Origin: an uncultured Clostridium sp.
GTDB taxonomy: Bacteria > Bacillota > Clostridia > TANB77 > CAG-508
Assembly (NCBI GenBank): GCA_947384775.1
Contig: CANDIF010000002.1
Coordinates: forward strand, 123,967-187,966
DNA length: 64,000 nt
Direction: 5' to 3'
A model generated the notes under the pieces. It made no database searches. It was given only the letters and a program-made list of their open reading frames with translations, and had not been told where the DNA came from. How positions within the stretch are numbered: position 1 is the stretch's first letter; each line of letters starts with the position of its first letter. The translations under genes were made by a program, and so were the position numbers. Positions 1 to 9,905 of the stretch are shown piece after piece.

Positions 1-1
1 T

Positions 2-451
2 TTGAAACAGATTAATACTAATTCTGAATATCAAGAATATGTAAATCAGAAGTCTCCTAATTCTCCTATTCTTAAAAATTGTTTTAACAGTTTCTGGGTT
101 GGTGGATTAATTTGCGGAATTGGTCAAATAATAATGGAGCTTTGTAAATACAATGGCTTAACTCCAGAAATTAGTGCAACCATTGTTTCTATTTCTTTGA
201 TTTTCTTAAGTGCATTTTTAACTGCTTTAAATTTATTTAATAAAATTGGTAAATTTGCTGGAGCAGGTTCATTAGTCCCTATTACAGGTTTTGCAAATTC
301 AATTGTTTCACCTGCAATGGAATACAAATCTGAAGGTTATGTAATGGGAGTTGGTGCAAAAATGTTTACTGTTGCAGGTCCAGTACTTGTTTATGGTATT
401 TCTTCTTCTGTTCTTGTTGGAATTATTTATTTTATTTTTAATGGAGGTTAA
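2..451 (+). CDS. spoVAC: Stage V sporulation protein AC (SpoVAC). It may be 5'-truncated by the window edge or start with TTG.
   Basis: 149 aa hydrophobic protein with the SpoVAC/SpoVAEB signature (GxGQ...GAGxxVPxTGFANS). It is the first gene of a spoVAC-spoVAD-spoVAE arrangement. Confidence 0.75.
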   Translation: MKQINTNSEYQEYVNQKSPNSPILKNCFNSFWVGGLICGIGQIIMELCKYNGLTPEISATIVSISLIFLSAFLTALNLFNKIGKFAGAGSLVPITGFANSIVSPAMEYKSEGYVMGVGAKMFTVAGPVLVYGISSSVLVGIIYFIFNGG

Positions 452-456
452 ATTAA

Positions 457-1467
457 ATGAAAAAATTAGGTTCACAAACTTTAAAATTTGATAATCCTAT
501 TACGATTTTAGAAACAGCATCTATTGTAGGTCCTAAAGAATCTCAAGGACCACTTGCATCTTATTTTGATAAATGTTTAGAAGATGAATTTTGGCAAGAA
601 AAAACTTGGGAAAAAGCTGAAAGCAAGATTATTAAAGAAACTGTAAATTCAAATATAACCAAGGCAAAAATCGCTGCGAGTGATGTAGATTACTGTTTTG
701 CTGGTGATTTGCTTAATCAGTGTATTTCTTCCAGCTTTGGTTTAAGAGAACTTGGAATTCCATTATATGGAATATTTGGGGCATGTTCTACATTTGTTGA
801 AGGATTGCAATTAGGTTCTATTTTTATAGATGGCGGTGCTGCTGATAAGTGTATTTGTGCTGCTTCTAGTCATTTTTGTAGTGCTGAAAAGCAATTCAGA
901 TTTCCATTGGAACTTGGTAACCAAAGACCACCATCTTCTCAATGGACTGTAACTGGTTCAGGATCTGCTATTCTTTCCAAAAGTGGTGATGGTCCATACG
1001 TAACTTGTATAACTACTGGAAAAGTAGTTGATATGGGAATTAAAGATGCTAATAATATGGGTGCTGCTATGGCTCCTGCTGCTTTAGATACTTTGATTAC
1101 TCACTTTAAAGATACTGGAAGGAATCCGAGTTATTATGATGTAATTTTAACTGGAGATTTAGGACACATTGGTAAAGAGATTTTAAGTGAAATGTCTCTT
1201 ACAAAAGGATATAATATCAAATCTAATTATAATGATTGTGGTGTTTTAATATTTGATAAGGCAACCCAAGATACTCATTCTGGTGGTAGTGGTTGTGCTT
1301 GTTGTGCCACTGTTTTTTCTGGTTATGTGTTTAATAAATTAAAACAAAAAGAATTAAATAAGGTTCTTTTAATTGCTACTGGAGCCCTAACTAATTCAAC
1401 AACTGCTCAGCAAGGCGAAAGTATTCCTGGAATTGCTCATGCCATTGCTATTGAGACTAGTATATAG
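457..1467 (+). CDS. spoVAD: Stage V sporulation protein AD (SpoVAD), thiolase-like fold
   Basis: 336 aa, with a GGAGG ribosome-binding site upstream and the conserved SpoVAD N-terminus (MKKLG...F.NP..I...A..GPKE). It lies between spoVAC and spoVAE. Confidence 0.85.
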   Translation: MKKLGSQTLKFDNPITILETASIVGPKESQGPLASYFDKCLEDEFWQEKTWEKAESKIIKETVNSNITKAKIAASDVDYCFAGDLLNQCISSSFGLRELGIPLYGIFGACSTFVEGLQLGSIFIDGGAADKCICAASSHFCSAEKQFRFPLELGNQRPPSSQWTVTGSGSAILSKSGDGPYVTCITTGKVVDMGIKDANNMGAAMAPAALDTLITHFKDTGRNPSYYDVILTGDLGHIGKEILSEMSLTKGYNIKSNYNDCGVLIFDKATQDTHSGGSGCACCATVFSGYVFNKLKQKELNKVLLIATGALTNSTTAQQGESIPGIAHAIAIETSI

Positions 1468-1476
1468 GAGGTTTTT

Positions 1477-1872
1477 ATGAATTTTCAAGATTTTATTAGC
1501 AATCTTAATTGGATGATGCTACTTCGTGCATTTTTAGTAGGTGGAGCAATTTGTGTTGTTGGTCAGATTTTAATTGATAAAACCAAACTCACTCCTGCAA
1601 GAATTTTAGTTATATTTGTAACACTGGGTGCTATTCTTGGTGGATTTGGAGTATATCAATATTTAGTTGATTTTGCAGGTGCTGGTGCAACTGTTCCTTT
1701 AACTGGATTTGGAAATCTTTTAGCAAAAGGTGCTATTCAGAAAGTACAAGAACAAGGTATATTAGGTGCTATGATTGGTGGAACTGCTGCCGCTGCAGGT
1801 GGTATAACTGCTGCAATTTTCTTTGGTTACATTGCTTCACTAATATCTAAGCCAAAAATGAAAAAGCAATAA
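1477..1872 (+). CDS. spoVAE: Stage V sporulation protein AE (SpoVAEB-type)
   Basis: 131 aa membrane protein with a GxGAxVPLTGFGN motif paralogous to SpoVAC. A ribosome-binding site (AGGAGG) lies upstream. Confidence 0.8.
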   Translation: MNFQDFISNLNWMMLLRAFLVGGAICVVGQILIDKTKLTPARILVIFVTLGAILGGFGVYQYLVDFAGAGATVPLTGFGNLLAKGAIQKVQEQGILGAMIGGTAAAAGGITAAIFFGYIASLISKPKMKKQ

Positions 1873-1940
1873 TATGCTTTTTCGTTTTTAGTTTCTTTTT
1901 TATTTTTTTATGAATATACTGTTATAAAAGGAGACTGTTT

Positions 1941-2186
1941 ATGAACAATAAAGGTTTAGATTTCAAGCATAAAGAAGTTATTAACATTGTTGATGGTAAG
2001 CGTCTTGGTTATGTTCAAGATGTTACTGCAAATTTAGAATCTGGTATAATTACATCAATAATTGTTCCTGGAAATAGCAAATTATTTAATATGTTTTCCA
2101 ATAATGACATCGTAATACCATGGGAAAATATTAAATGTATTGGAGAAGATATAATATTAGTAGAAGTTTCTCAATACCCTCAATAA
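1941..2186 (+). CDS. YlmC/YmxH-family PRC-barrel sporulation protein
   Basis: 81 aa with an AAGGAG ribosome-binding site. The sequence (KEVINIVDGKRLGYVQDV...IVPG) matches the PRC-barrel YlmC/YmxH family. Confidence 0.7.
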   Translation: MNNKGLDFKHKEVINIVDGKRLGYVQDVTANLESGIITSIIVPGNSKLFNMFSNNDIVIPWENIKCIGEDIILVEVSQYPQ

Positions 2187-2209
2187 ATACTTTTATACAT
2201 ATTAAGGCA

Positions 2210-2244
2210 AAAAAAATCTCATAGCTTTACTATGAGATTTTTTT
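2210..2244. terminator. Bidirectional intrinsic terminator between ylmC-like gene and tRNA-Pro
   Basis: Hairpin tctcatag-ctttac-ctatgaga flanked by an A-run on one side and a T-run on the other. Confidence 0.5.
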
Positions 2245-2319
2245 GGTCGGGGTGACACGAATCGAACGTGCGACCTCATGGTCCCAAACCACGCGCTCTA
2301 CCAACTGAGCCACACCCCG
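2244..2319 (-). tRNA. trnP: tRNA-Pro (anticodon UGG)
   Basis: The reverse complement folds as a cloverleaf with acceptor CGGGGTG/CACCCCG, a T-arm GTTCGATTC and an anticodon loop TTTGGGA, and ends in CCA. Confidence 0.85.
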
Positions 2320-2393
2320 TTTTTAGACACTTAAATATAATAGCATATTTATGAAAAATTTGCAAGTGATTTTAAATATTTTTATAAAAAAAC

Positions 2394-2422
2394 TTGAAAA
2401 TTTAAAGAAAAGCATTTATAAT
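2394..2422 (+). promoter_or_regulatory. Sigma-A-type promoter for tRNA-Arg (TTGAAA, 17 nt spacer, TATAAT)
   Basis: TTGAAA at 2394-2399 and TATAAT at 2417-2422, which is 17 nt upstream of the tRNA 5' end. A divergent TTGCAA/TATTAT pair on the minus strand likely drives tRNA-Pro. Confidence 0.4.
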
Positions 2423-2439
2423 ATATAAGTATTGAACTA

Positions 2440-2516
2440 GCGCCTGTAGTTTAGCTGGATAGAATGCGAGGCTACGAACTTCGAGATCGGGGGTTCGAAT
2501 CCCTCCAGGCGCACCA
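2440..2516 (+). tRNA. trnR: tRNA-Arg (anticodon ACG)
   Basis: Acceptor GCGCCTG/CAGGCGC, anticodon stem CGAGG/CTTCG with loop CTACGAA, T-arm GGGGGTTCGAATCCCTC and a CCA end. Confidence 0.9.
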
Positions 2517-2665
2517 TATGTGCGTTGTTGCACAACGCAGTAATTAATTAATGGTGGATAGTGAATGGTGAATAATGCTTTCAAAAAAAGTATATAAAGC
2601 ACATTTATACTATTCACCATTAACTATTCATTTTTTCGCGATTCACTAATTAATATCTAAAATCA

Positions 2666-2699
2666 AAGAAGAATTATTAAAACTATAATAATTCTTCTT
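2666..2699. terminator. Bidirectional terminator (perfect 14-bp stem) abutting the stop codon of the oxidoreductase gene
   Basis: aagaagaattatta-aaacta-taataattcttctt with T-runs on both strands. Confidence 0.5.
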
Positions 2700-2703
2700 T
2701 ATT

Positions 2704-4194
2704 TTATAATTTCTTTAAATCCTTAACCGTTGGTTCTGTTATAACTTTTCCTTCATATGTGTATCTTGAGCCATGGCATGGGCAATCCCAGGTTTTCTCC
2801 AAATTATTCCATGATAATTCACATCCAAGATGTGCACAATATGGTTCAACTATAAATAATTTACCATTTTCATCTTTATAAGCTCCTATCTTTTTTCCTT
2901 TATATTCCACTACTCCACCTGAGTTTTTTTCTATTTCATCAAATGCTGTATCTGGTATCTTCAGTTTATTTATTGCTAATGAATATACTGTTTGTTTTAA
3001 CATGTTTCCAAATTCTTTATAATTTCCAATTGGTGCAAATCTTGTTGCTTTGTATATTTCTTCATATTCATTTTCTTTTTTCAAAATTTTATCTGAAATT
3101 ATTTTAGCTGCTACATATGATGTTGTCATTCCCCATTTTTTATACCCTGTTGCAACATAAATATTGGGCATTAAATTCGAAAAATCTCCTATATATGGTA
3201 CTTTATCTATTGAAACACAATCTTGCGTTGCCCATCTATATTCTATTTCAGCTTTTGGATAAATTTCTTTTGCATAAGTTTCTAGTTGTTTATAACTTAT
3301 ATCTAAATCTACACTATTTTCTCCTGTTTTGTGTTCTGCTCCACCTATTATTAAGAATTCATCATTTATTGGTCTAAATGATGCTACTGGGCTTTCTGCT
3401 GAAATATACATTTCTTTTGAAAGCTTTTTATTTGGCTTTATTGCTATTGCATATGATCTATCTTGATACATTTTCAAAAAGTGCATCCCAGGAAAATTTT
3501 TTATAGGATAATGAGTTGACATTACTACATATTTGGCAGCTATCGTTTTCTCGTCTTCTGTATTTACATTATATCCTTCTGACTTCTTTTTTATTTCTAC
3601 AACTCTTGAATTTGTAAATATATCTATGTTATTTTTTTTGATAACTTCTACTAATCCATATAAATATTTCAAAGGATGAAATTTAGCTTGATTTGTTAAT
3701 TTTATTCCTGCCTTTATTTCAAATGGTAGATTGCTTTTTTCAACAAATTCAGCATTCCCTCCTATATTTCTTACAGCATCTACTTCATCCTTTATTTTCT
3801 GTATATATTCATCTTTGCATGTATATATATAGTTTTCTACTCTTTCAAAATCACATTCTATATTTTCTTTTTTTATAATTTCCTTTATTCCTTTTATTGC
3901 TTCCTCATTTGATTCAAAGTATTTTTGTGCATATTCTTTTCCAAATGTTTTTATTAGATAATCATATATTAATCCATGTTGGCTTGTAATCTTTGCTGTA
4001 GTATTTTCAGTAACTCCACTACATACTTCTCCTTTATCTATTAAACATATTTTTAAACCTTTATTTAGTAGCATATATGCTGTACTTATTCCTGTTATTC
4101 CAGCTCCTATTATGCACACATCTACCTCTATATCTTTATTCAATTTTTCAAACTGAGGTCTTTTAGTCGTTTCTAACCAATATGAATTATCCAT
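2704..4194 (-). CDS. FAD-dependent oxidoreductase with a C-terminal Rieske [2Fe-2S] domain (YhfW-like)
   Basis: N-terminal GAGITG dinucleotide-binding motif and a C-terminal CAHLGC...CPCHGS Rieske motif. The start is set at the ATG (MDNSYW) that has an AAAGGTGA ribosome-binding site. The GTG at 4203 listed in the ORF track lies inside that site. Confidence 0.7.
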   Translation of the reverse strand: MDNSYWLETTKRPQFEKLNKDIEVDVCIIGAGITGISTAYMLLNKGLKICLIDKGEVCSGVTENTTAKITSQHGLIYDYLIKTFGKEYAQKYFESNEEAIKGIKEIIKKENIECDFERVENYIYTCKDEYIQKIKDEVDAVRNIGGNAEFVEKSNLPFEIKAGIKLTNQAKFHPLKYLYGLVEVIKKNNIDIFTNSRVVEIKKKSEGYNVNTEDEKTIAAKYVVMSTHYPIKNFPGMHFLKMYQDRSYAIAIKPNKKLSKEMYISAESPVASFRPINDEFLIIGGAEHKTGENSVDLDISYKQLETYAKEIYPKAEIEYRWATQDCVSIDKVPYIGDFSNLMPNIYVATGYKKWGMTTSYVAAKIISDKILKKENEYEEIYKATRFAPIGNYKEFGNMLKQTVYSLAINKLKIPDTAFDEIEKNSGGVVEYKGKKIGAYKDENGKLFIVEPYCAHLGCELSWNNLEKTWDCPCHGSRYTYEGKVITEPTVKDLKKL

Positions 4195-4351
4195 TCTAAT
4201 CACCTTTTTTTATTTTTCTCAAAAATGCTAAATTTATGTATTTTTTTGCTTTTATAAGTTCAAAACATTTACAAATTTTTATAAAAATTAGAAGTAGACA
4301 CTTTTTTGTGTCTACTTCCATTTATCATTTTATGCTATATCTTTTATAATA

Positions 4352-5641
4352 TTAATAGTTATATAAGTTATTATATGAAGGATTTGGTACCTGATTAACG
4401 ATTCCTGATGTTGCAGAAACATAATCAATTATTGATTTTAGAATTTCATTTTTTTGTGCATTTTGGTAAATTTCCATAAAGTCTGCTTCTGTCATGCTAT
4501 TTGCATTTATAGAATTTCTTACATTCTTCTTTTCAATATCCTTATTGTATTCAACTTTGTATTTTATATTTACTGTAGCTTCTATTCCTTCTTCTTCAAC
4601 TATAACTGTAAATGATATTTTTCCTTCATTTTCATTTTCTTCTGTAATTACCATTTTCATCATGTCTTTAACATCTTTTGTATCTGTTGAATCTTCATTA
4701 ATTGAAAATACAATTTCCCATGTTTTATCTTCTGTTTTTGTACCACTAATTAAAATTACTTCATCATCGTCTTCATTTACTAAACTAACGTCAACTTTAA
4801 CTATTTTATTTCCAGTTTTTTCTGAATAAATATCAATGTTCATGTAGTTTTCTGTTTCTCCAGGATTTTTTAATTCTTCTTGCATCTCTGTAATCATTTC
4901 TTTTACTTCACTATCTTGTTGTTCCTTTACTTTATCTAAAATATCATAGCATATATCCCCTAGTTCTTTCATTGATAATTTCATAGTAGATTTGTTAACT
5001 TTTTTTGTTTTTCCGTCTATTTCAATTTCAGCTTTTTCTGTCTCAAATTCAGAGTCTTCTATTTTAGATTTAAGTATTTCTTTTATGTCTTTGGTTAAAT
5101 TTGCATTTCCTTTTGATGTTTCAAAAATAGCTGATACATCAATACCTTCTAACTCGCTTGATGGTATTTCAATATATTTTGAATATAAGTCTTTTAAATA
5201 AGCATAAACTTTTCCATCTTGTATTAGTCCTTCAACACTAATCACATCCTTGTTTTGATATTGAGCAGCTAATACTAAGTCTAACAATTTGTTTTCTAAA
5301 TCAACTTGTACTTCAGTATGTAATTTTGCATCTTTTAATATAGTATTTATCATATTTATTTGTGTTGCTACTGTTGATATTCCTGAACTTGTATTTGTTT
5401 CTGTTGCTTTTACTTCTCCTGAAATATCTAATTCCATACTTGCTGTTTTGTATTCTTGTACTTTTTCTGTTTCTTCAAACATCTGATCTACAGCTTTTTC
5501 AAATACCTTATCTGGTTTAGAGTTAACTTTGTTTAATGCAAAAAATGTTACAGCACCAGCTATCGCTAGTATTAATAGTATTAATAAAACTATTTTTAGC
5601 GTTTTCTTTGAAGATTTTTTTTCAAAATTTTCTTCGTCCAT
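4352..5641 (-). CDS. Hypothetical membrane-anchored, highly acidic/lysine-rich secreted protein
   Basis: A single N-terminal TM helix (LKIVLLILLILAIAGAVTFFAL) followed by a charged, low-complexity ectodomain. The start is set at MDEENF, which has a GGGGGA ribosome-binding site. The upstream ATG at 5683 has none. Confidence 0.5.
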   Translation of the reverse strand: MDEENFEKKSSKKTLKIVLLILLILAIAGAVTFFALNKVNSKPDKVFEKAVDQMFEETEKVQEYKTASMELDISGEVKATETNTSSGISTVATQINMINTILKDAKLHTEVQVDLENKLLDLVLAAQYQNKDVISVEGLIQDGKVYAYLKDLYSKYIEIPSSELEGIDVSAIFETSKGNANLTKDIKEILKSKIEDSEFETEKAEIEIDGKTKKVNKSTMKLSMKELGDICYDILDKVKEQQDSEVKEMITEMQEELKNPGETENYMNIDIYSEKTGNKIVKVDVSLVNEDDDEVILISGTKTEDKTWEIVFSINEDSTDTKDVKDMMKMVITEENENEGKISFTVIVEEEGIEATVNIKYKVEYNKDIEKKNVRNSINANSMTEADFMEIYQNAQKNEILKSIIDYVSATSGIVNQVPNPSYNNLYNY

Positions 5642-5799
5642 TTTATATCCCCCTTTACTATTATGAATATTTTTTATATTCATTGGCTATATAGTATCAT
5701 ATTAGGCTTGTTTAAGTCAATATGGATAAAGAAATTCTCTCATCATTTTATTTAAAATGCCATATAATCAAATTCGATTATATGGCAAACTTATTTTAA

Positions 5800-6393
5800 T
5801 TATACTATTCTTACTGCTAACATCAAGCTAAAAAAAGCATATGCATATTTGTAAATCTTTCTGTTTCTTAATTTAGATAGATAATATGTATATATTTCTC
5901 TAATAGCACTATATTTATCTGTAAGTGTTACTATATATGATTCTTTGTATTTTGGAAGCACTACTGTCATCGGCCACATATGTTTTACAATGATATCTTG
6001 TTCTTTAACATTTAGTTCAAATTGTTCTAATGCATTTCTTAAAGCAATTTTAGGATGAACAAATCCATGTAATCCATAATTTTTTGGATCTCTGTATTTC
6101 ATTCTCCAATCATATAAAAATAAATCATGTAGCATTGCTGCGCGTGCAGTTGATTTATAATCTAAACCTAATTTTTTTGCGATAATATAACTATAATACG
6201 CAACATGCATACAGTGTGTATAGCAAGATGTATCGCAATGTTGCCTATAATCTTTCATCTTTCTTACAGTTTCATTATTAATAATTTCTGATATAATATT
6301 AAAAAATTCAATCCTATCATCATTAATTATTGTTTTCTTCGTCTTTTCTTCGATTTCATTATTTTTTACTATTTTCTTTAACATGTTTTTCAT
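5800..6393 (-). CDS. HD-domain phosphohydrolase
   Basis: H...HD...D metal-binding pattern (HCMHVAYYS...MLHDLFLYD). Start is at the ATG 6 nt after the GGAG. Confidence 0.6.
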   Translation of the reverse strand: MKNMLKKIVKNNEIEEKTKKTIINDDRIEFFNIISEIINNETVRKMKDYRQHCDTSCYTHCMHVAYYSYIIAKKLGLDYKSTARAAMLHDLFLYDWRMKYRDPKNYGLHGFVHPKIALRNALEQFELNVKEQDIIVKHMWPMTVVLPKYKESYIVTLTDKYSAIREIYTYYLSKLRNRKIYKYAYAFFSLMLAVRIV

Positions 6394-6652
6394 TCGCATC
6401 TCCTACTTTCATTATATTACTGTAATCTTAAAATAGTAATATTTTTTCTATTGAAAGTGTTTTATCCTTTTGTTTCGTTTCACTTTTAATCATATATTTA
6501 TTATATCACAGTTTTATGTTAATTTGCAATTTATAATACATATATCACAGTTCTCTTAACTAATATGTATAAAAATATTTTTGCCTATTTTGTTACTTTT
6601 GCAATAAAATGCAAGTACTAATTTATTATTAGTACTTGCTATATATTTTTTA

Positions 6653-7564
6653 TTAATCTAATACTTCTACTTCTAGATATCTAACTCCCCATTGAAGTGC
6701 TTCACTATGCGAATTCATATATATATCTATTCTATTTCCTTGGATTGCTCCACCTCTATCTTCTACTGTGTAAGTCACTCCATTTATTACCACTTTTGTT
6801 CCAAATGCAAATGTTTTTGGTGCTGCAATTGTACGGTTAGCTGTTGCATGTGTTCCTGATGCTGTTATTCCATTTGTTTTTCCACAACATTGCATACATG
6901 CACAGTATGCTGTTACTTTATACACTCCTGATTTTCCTGAGGTTCCTATTTCCCTAGAGAATGAGCTTCTGGCTGTTATTAATGATTTTGTTTGAACTTG
7001 AACAATTTTATCAACTGGTTCTTTTATTATTTCTGAAGATAATTCTTCTCTTGATATTTCAATATCATCTTTATATGTTACTTTGTAAGTAACTTTTCTT
7101 TCACCATTTTTACCTTGTTGAATTATTGCATTTCTTGTACTTGCAGAACCATTAGATACGTCCTTTGTTACTGTTGCAAAAGGTATTTCAACAATTTCAA
7201 CAACGATTTCTTCTTTAATATTAGAATATTCTTCTTTTACATCTTCCGCTTTTATCTCAGTTTGTACATTTGTTGCAATTTCTGCTGGTGCTTCACCACG
7301 TACACTTATTATTATTGTTTTTTTATCTGTTATCTCAGAATCCATTCCTGGAGTTACTACTTCGTTTTCTTCTAGTACTATGTGATTTTCTTCTAATATT
7401 TCAGATACTTTTGTTTTTGCTGTTAACACTGTTATTTCATGGTTGTTAGAAAATTTTATATTTACACTATTTAATTTAATATTTCCACCTAATACTACTG
7501 CTCCTAATATTACTACGAATATTATACTAAAAAATATTATCTTTCTTATGTTATTTTTTAAAAT
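6653..7564 (-). CDS. 3D-domain cell-wall protein (YabE/YuiC-like) with an N-terminal TM anchor. The start codon appears to be non-ATG.
   Basis: C-terminal 3D domain (YKVTAYCACMQCCGKTNG...VEDRGGAIQGNRIDIYM). The reading frame stays open upstream of the GTG listed at 7429, through a TM segment (IRKIIFFSIIFVVILGAVVLGG) up to TAAGGAGGG at 7571-7579. There is no in-frame ATG, so the likely start is an ATT or TTA near 7559-7567. Confidence 0.6.
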   Translation of the reverse strand: MLKNNIRKIIFFSIIFVVILGAVVLGGNIKLNSVNIKFSNNHEITVLTAKTKVSEILEENHIVLEENEVVTPGMDSEITDKKTIIISVRGEAPAEIATNVQTEIKAEDVKEEYSNIKEEIVVEIVEIPFATVTKDVSNGSASTRNAIIQQGKNGERKVTYKVTYKDDIEISREELSSEIIKEPVDKIVQVQTKSLITARSSFSREIGTSGKSGVYKVTAYCACMQCCGKTNGITASGTHATANRTIAAPKTFAFGTKVVINGVTYTVEDRGGAIQGNRIDIYMNSHSEALQWGVRYLEVEVLD

Positions 7565-7698
7565 AATAATCCCTCCTTAAAGCGACCAACTTCATTATAC
7601 TATTATTTTCCAAACTTGTCAAATTTTTGTAATATTTTTTGTAACATAATTGTAATATTTATTATATGCAGCTTGTACCAATATATTCCTCTATTTTA

Positions 7699-9048
7699 TT
7701 AATTTAAAACATTTTTTTTAAAAATTTCTCCTCTTTCTTTAAAGTTTTTAAAGAATCCATAGCTTGCTGCTGCTGGTGATAGCAAACAAATTTTACTTTT
7801 TTCAGTAACTCTTTTTGCCATATCTACTGCTTCTTCCATTGTTGAAACTAAAATTACATTTTTATTTGATTTTTTTAGTCCTTCTGCTATATATTCACCA
7901 GTTTTTGGCATGCAAATTACATTTCTTATTTCACTATTATTTAGAAATTCTACTAGATTATCTAATTTTACTCCTCGATCCTTTCCACCTACAATAAGTG
8001 TATTAACTTTTTTTAGTGCCTTTATTGAGCATATTGTTGATTCTGGAATTGTTGCTATAGAATCATTATAGTACTCCACATCATCTACTGTTCCAACATA
8101 TTCTAAGCGATGTTCTAATGGCTTAAAATGTTTTATTGTTTGAAATGCCTTTTCAATATTTAAATTCATTATTTTTACTACTGCTAGTACAAACATAATA
8201 TTATTTATATTATGTTTTCCTTTCAAATTTATTTCATCTTCATTTATCGTAATAATTTTTTTATCATTATAATATATATCATTTTGTTTTAATTCTATTG
8301 TGTTTTTATTCAAACAATTTCCCATAGTTGTTATTCCATAATCATTTTGTTTGTAATTATATTTTATATTCTCATTATCACTATTAAATATAGCAATATC
8401 AGTATTTTTCTGACATTTCAAGATATTTAGTTTAGCATCTATGTATTCATTAAAATCTTTATAATGATCTAAGTGTTCCTCGTATATATTTAATAATACT
8501 GCAATATTGGTAGATCTCTTTACATATTGCAAAGCATGTGAAGATAATTCTAATACAACTACTGAATTTTCAGTTATCTCTTCTACTTTATCAAATATAG
8601 GAATACCAATATTTCCTAATAAATAGCAATCTTTTCCCTGGTCTTTAATCACACTATAAATCAATGAGCTTGTTGTGCTTTTTCCTTTTGTACCAGTTAC
8701 TCCTATTGTTAAGCAATTATTATATTCTAAAAAAAGTTCTAACTGAGACGTTATTTTATTTGCAAATTTATTAATTTCTATATTTTTAAAAGAAACTCCA
8801 GGAGCTTTTAAAATCACATCATATTTATCTAGATTATCTAAATATCCTTTACCTACTACAAATTTAGCAAACTCATCTTTCTTCAATATATCACTTTTTT
8901 CTGCTTCATCTTCTTCGCTGCAAAGTATTGTAATTTCAGCATTTTTAAGGTATTTTCTCACGAATCTATATGTAGACTTTCCCTCCACTCCAAAACCTAA
9001 AATAGCTATTTTTTTATCTCTTAAATTATCTATAATTTTATTTACCAC
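7699..9048 (-). CDS. murD: UDP-N-acetylmuramoylalanine--D-glutamate ligase MurD
   Basis: ILGFGVEGKS and GVTGTKGKSTT Mur-ligase motifs. The start is set at the GTG (VVNKIIDNL) that follows an AGAGGTGA ribosome-binding site. The 43-codon upstream extension in the ORF track is a read-through of the palindromic repeat. Confidence 0.85.
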   Translation of the reverse strand: MVNKIIDNLRDKKIAILGFGVEGKSTYRFVRKYLKNAEITILCSEEDEAEKSDILKKDEFAKFVVGKGYLDNLDKYDVILKAPGVSFKNIEINKFANKITSQLELFLEYNNCLTIGVTGTKGKSTTSSLIYSVIKDQGKDCYLLGNIGIPIFDKVEEITENSVVVLELSSHALQYVKRSTNIAVLLNIYEEHLDHYKDFNEYIDAKLNILKCQKNTDIAIFNSDNENIKYNYKQNDYGITTMGNCLNKNTIELKQNDIYYNDKKIITINEDEINLKGKHNINNIMFVLAVVKIMNLNIEKAFQTIKHFKPLEHRLEYVGTVDDVEYYNDSIATIPESTICSIKALKKVNTLIVGGKDRGVKLDNLVEFLNNSEIRNVICMPKTGEYIAEGLKKSNKNVILVSTMEEAVDMAKRVTEKSKICLLSPAAASYGFFKNFKERGEIFKKNVLN

Positions 9049-9079
9049 GATAAAATCACCTCTATTGCTTTTTCTTAAT

Positions 9080-9166
9080 AGCTCCACATGAAAGTTTATT
9101 TTTAAAATTTTAAACAACTGTATTAAAATTTTAAAAATCGAACTTTCAGCAAGGTGGAGCGGACTT
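9080..9166 (+). repeat. Palindromic intergenic repeat, copy 1 (type A core). It lies in the murD 5' leader.
   Basis: agctccacatgaaagtt...aactttcagcaaggtggagcgg. The arms carry compensatory changes relative to other copies (tgaaagtt/aactttca versus tggatgtt/aacatcca). Confidence 0.8.
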
Positions 9167-9212
9167 AATAATTTCAAAATACGAATTTCATTCTATCACT
9201 AATATATGCTTT

Positions 9213-9255
9213 TTGCAATAAATTATTGCAATTCCATAATCAATTGTGATATAAT
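9213..9255. promoter_or_regulatory. Divergent murD/lemA promoter region with a perfect 19-bp palindrome TTGCAATAAATTATTGCAA that supplies a -35 box on both strands
   Basis: lemA side: TTGCAA, 18 nt spacer, TGaTATAAT. murD side: TTGCAA, 17 nt spacer, TAGAAT on the minus strand. Confidence 0.4.
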
Positions 9256-9291
9256 TCATAATGTTAAAATATTAATTTAGGAGGTAATATT

Positions 9292-9852
9292 ATGGGACCA
9301 CTTGTAATCGTTTTAATAGTAATTGCCGTATTAGTTTTAATAGTAATTAAATTATATAATGACTTAGTAAAACTACGTCAAAAAGTAAGAAATGGATGGA
9401 GCCAAATTGATGTACAACTACAAAGAAGATTTGATTTAATCCCAAACTTAGTAGATACAGTAAAAGGATATATGGCTCATGAAAGTAGTGTTCTTGAAAA
9501 AGTAACTGAACTTAGATCATCATGGGCAAATGCAACTTCTATAAAAGAAAAATCTAATTTGGATAACGAACTTTCAGGAGCATTAAAAACAATCATGGCA
9601 GTTTCTGAAAACTATCCTGATTTAAAAGCTAATCAAAACTTTTCACAATTACAAGAAGAATTACAAAATACAGAAAACAAAATAGCATTTTCTAGACAAT
9701 TCTATAATGATGTTGCTACAAAATACAACACAAAAATAGAAGTAGTTCCTTCAAATATCATTGCAAATATGTTCGGTTTCAAACCAGAAGAACTATTCCA
9801 AGTAGATACAGCAGAAGCTAGAAAAAATGTTAAAGTTGATTTTAATAATTAA
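9292..9852 (+). CDS. lemA: LemA family membrane protein
   Basis: N-terminal TM helix followed by NDLVKLRQKVRNGWSQIDVQLQRRFDLIPNLV, which is the LemA signature. An AGGAGG ribosome-binding site is present. Confidence 0.8.
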   Translation: MGPLVIVLIVIAVLVLIVIKLYNDLVKLRQKVRNGWSQIDVQLQRRFDLIPNLVDTVKGYMAHESSVLEKVTELRSSWANATSIKEKSNLDNELSGALKTIMAVSENYPDLKANQNFSQLQEELQNTENKIAFSRQFYNDVATKYNTKIEVVPSNIIANMFGFKPEELFQVDTAEARKNVKVDFNN

Positions 9853-9905
9853 TCAAACAAAAAGAACTTTGGATTTCCAAAGTTCTTTTTGTTGTTAATT
9901 GTTTA

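Noticed and set aside
2402-2620. 72-aa minus-strand ORF overlapping tRNA-Arg
   Set aside because: It lies entirely antisense to a well-formed tRNA and its flanking hairpins. It has no ribosome-binding site, and the reading frame is an artefact of the tRNA sequence.
9049-9177. N-terminal 43-codon extension of murD in the ORF track (MKLLSPLHLAESSIFKILIQ...)
   Set aside because: The extension is a read-through of palindromic repeat copy 1. The real start is the GTG at 9048, which has an AGAGGTGA ribosome-binding site, and it gives a canonical MurD of about 450 aa.
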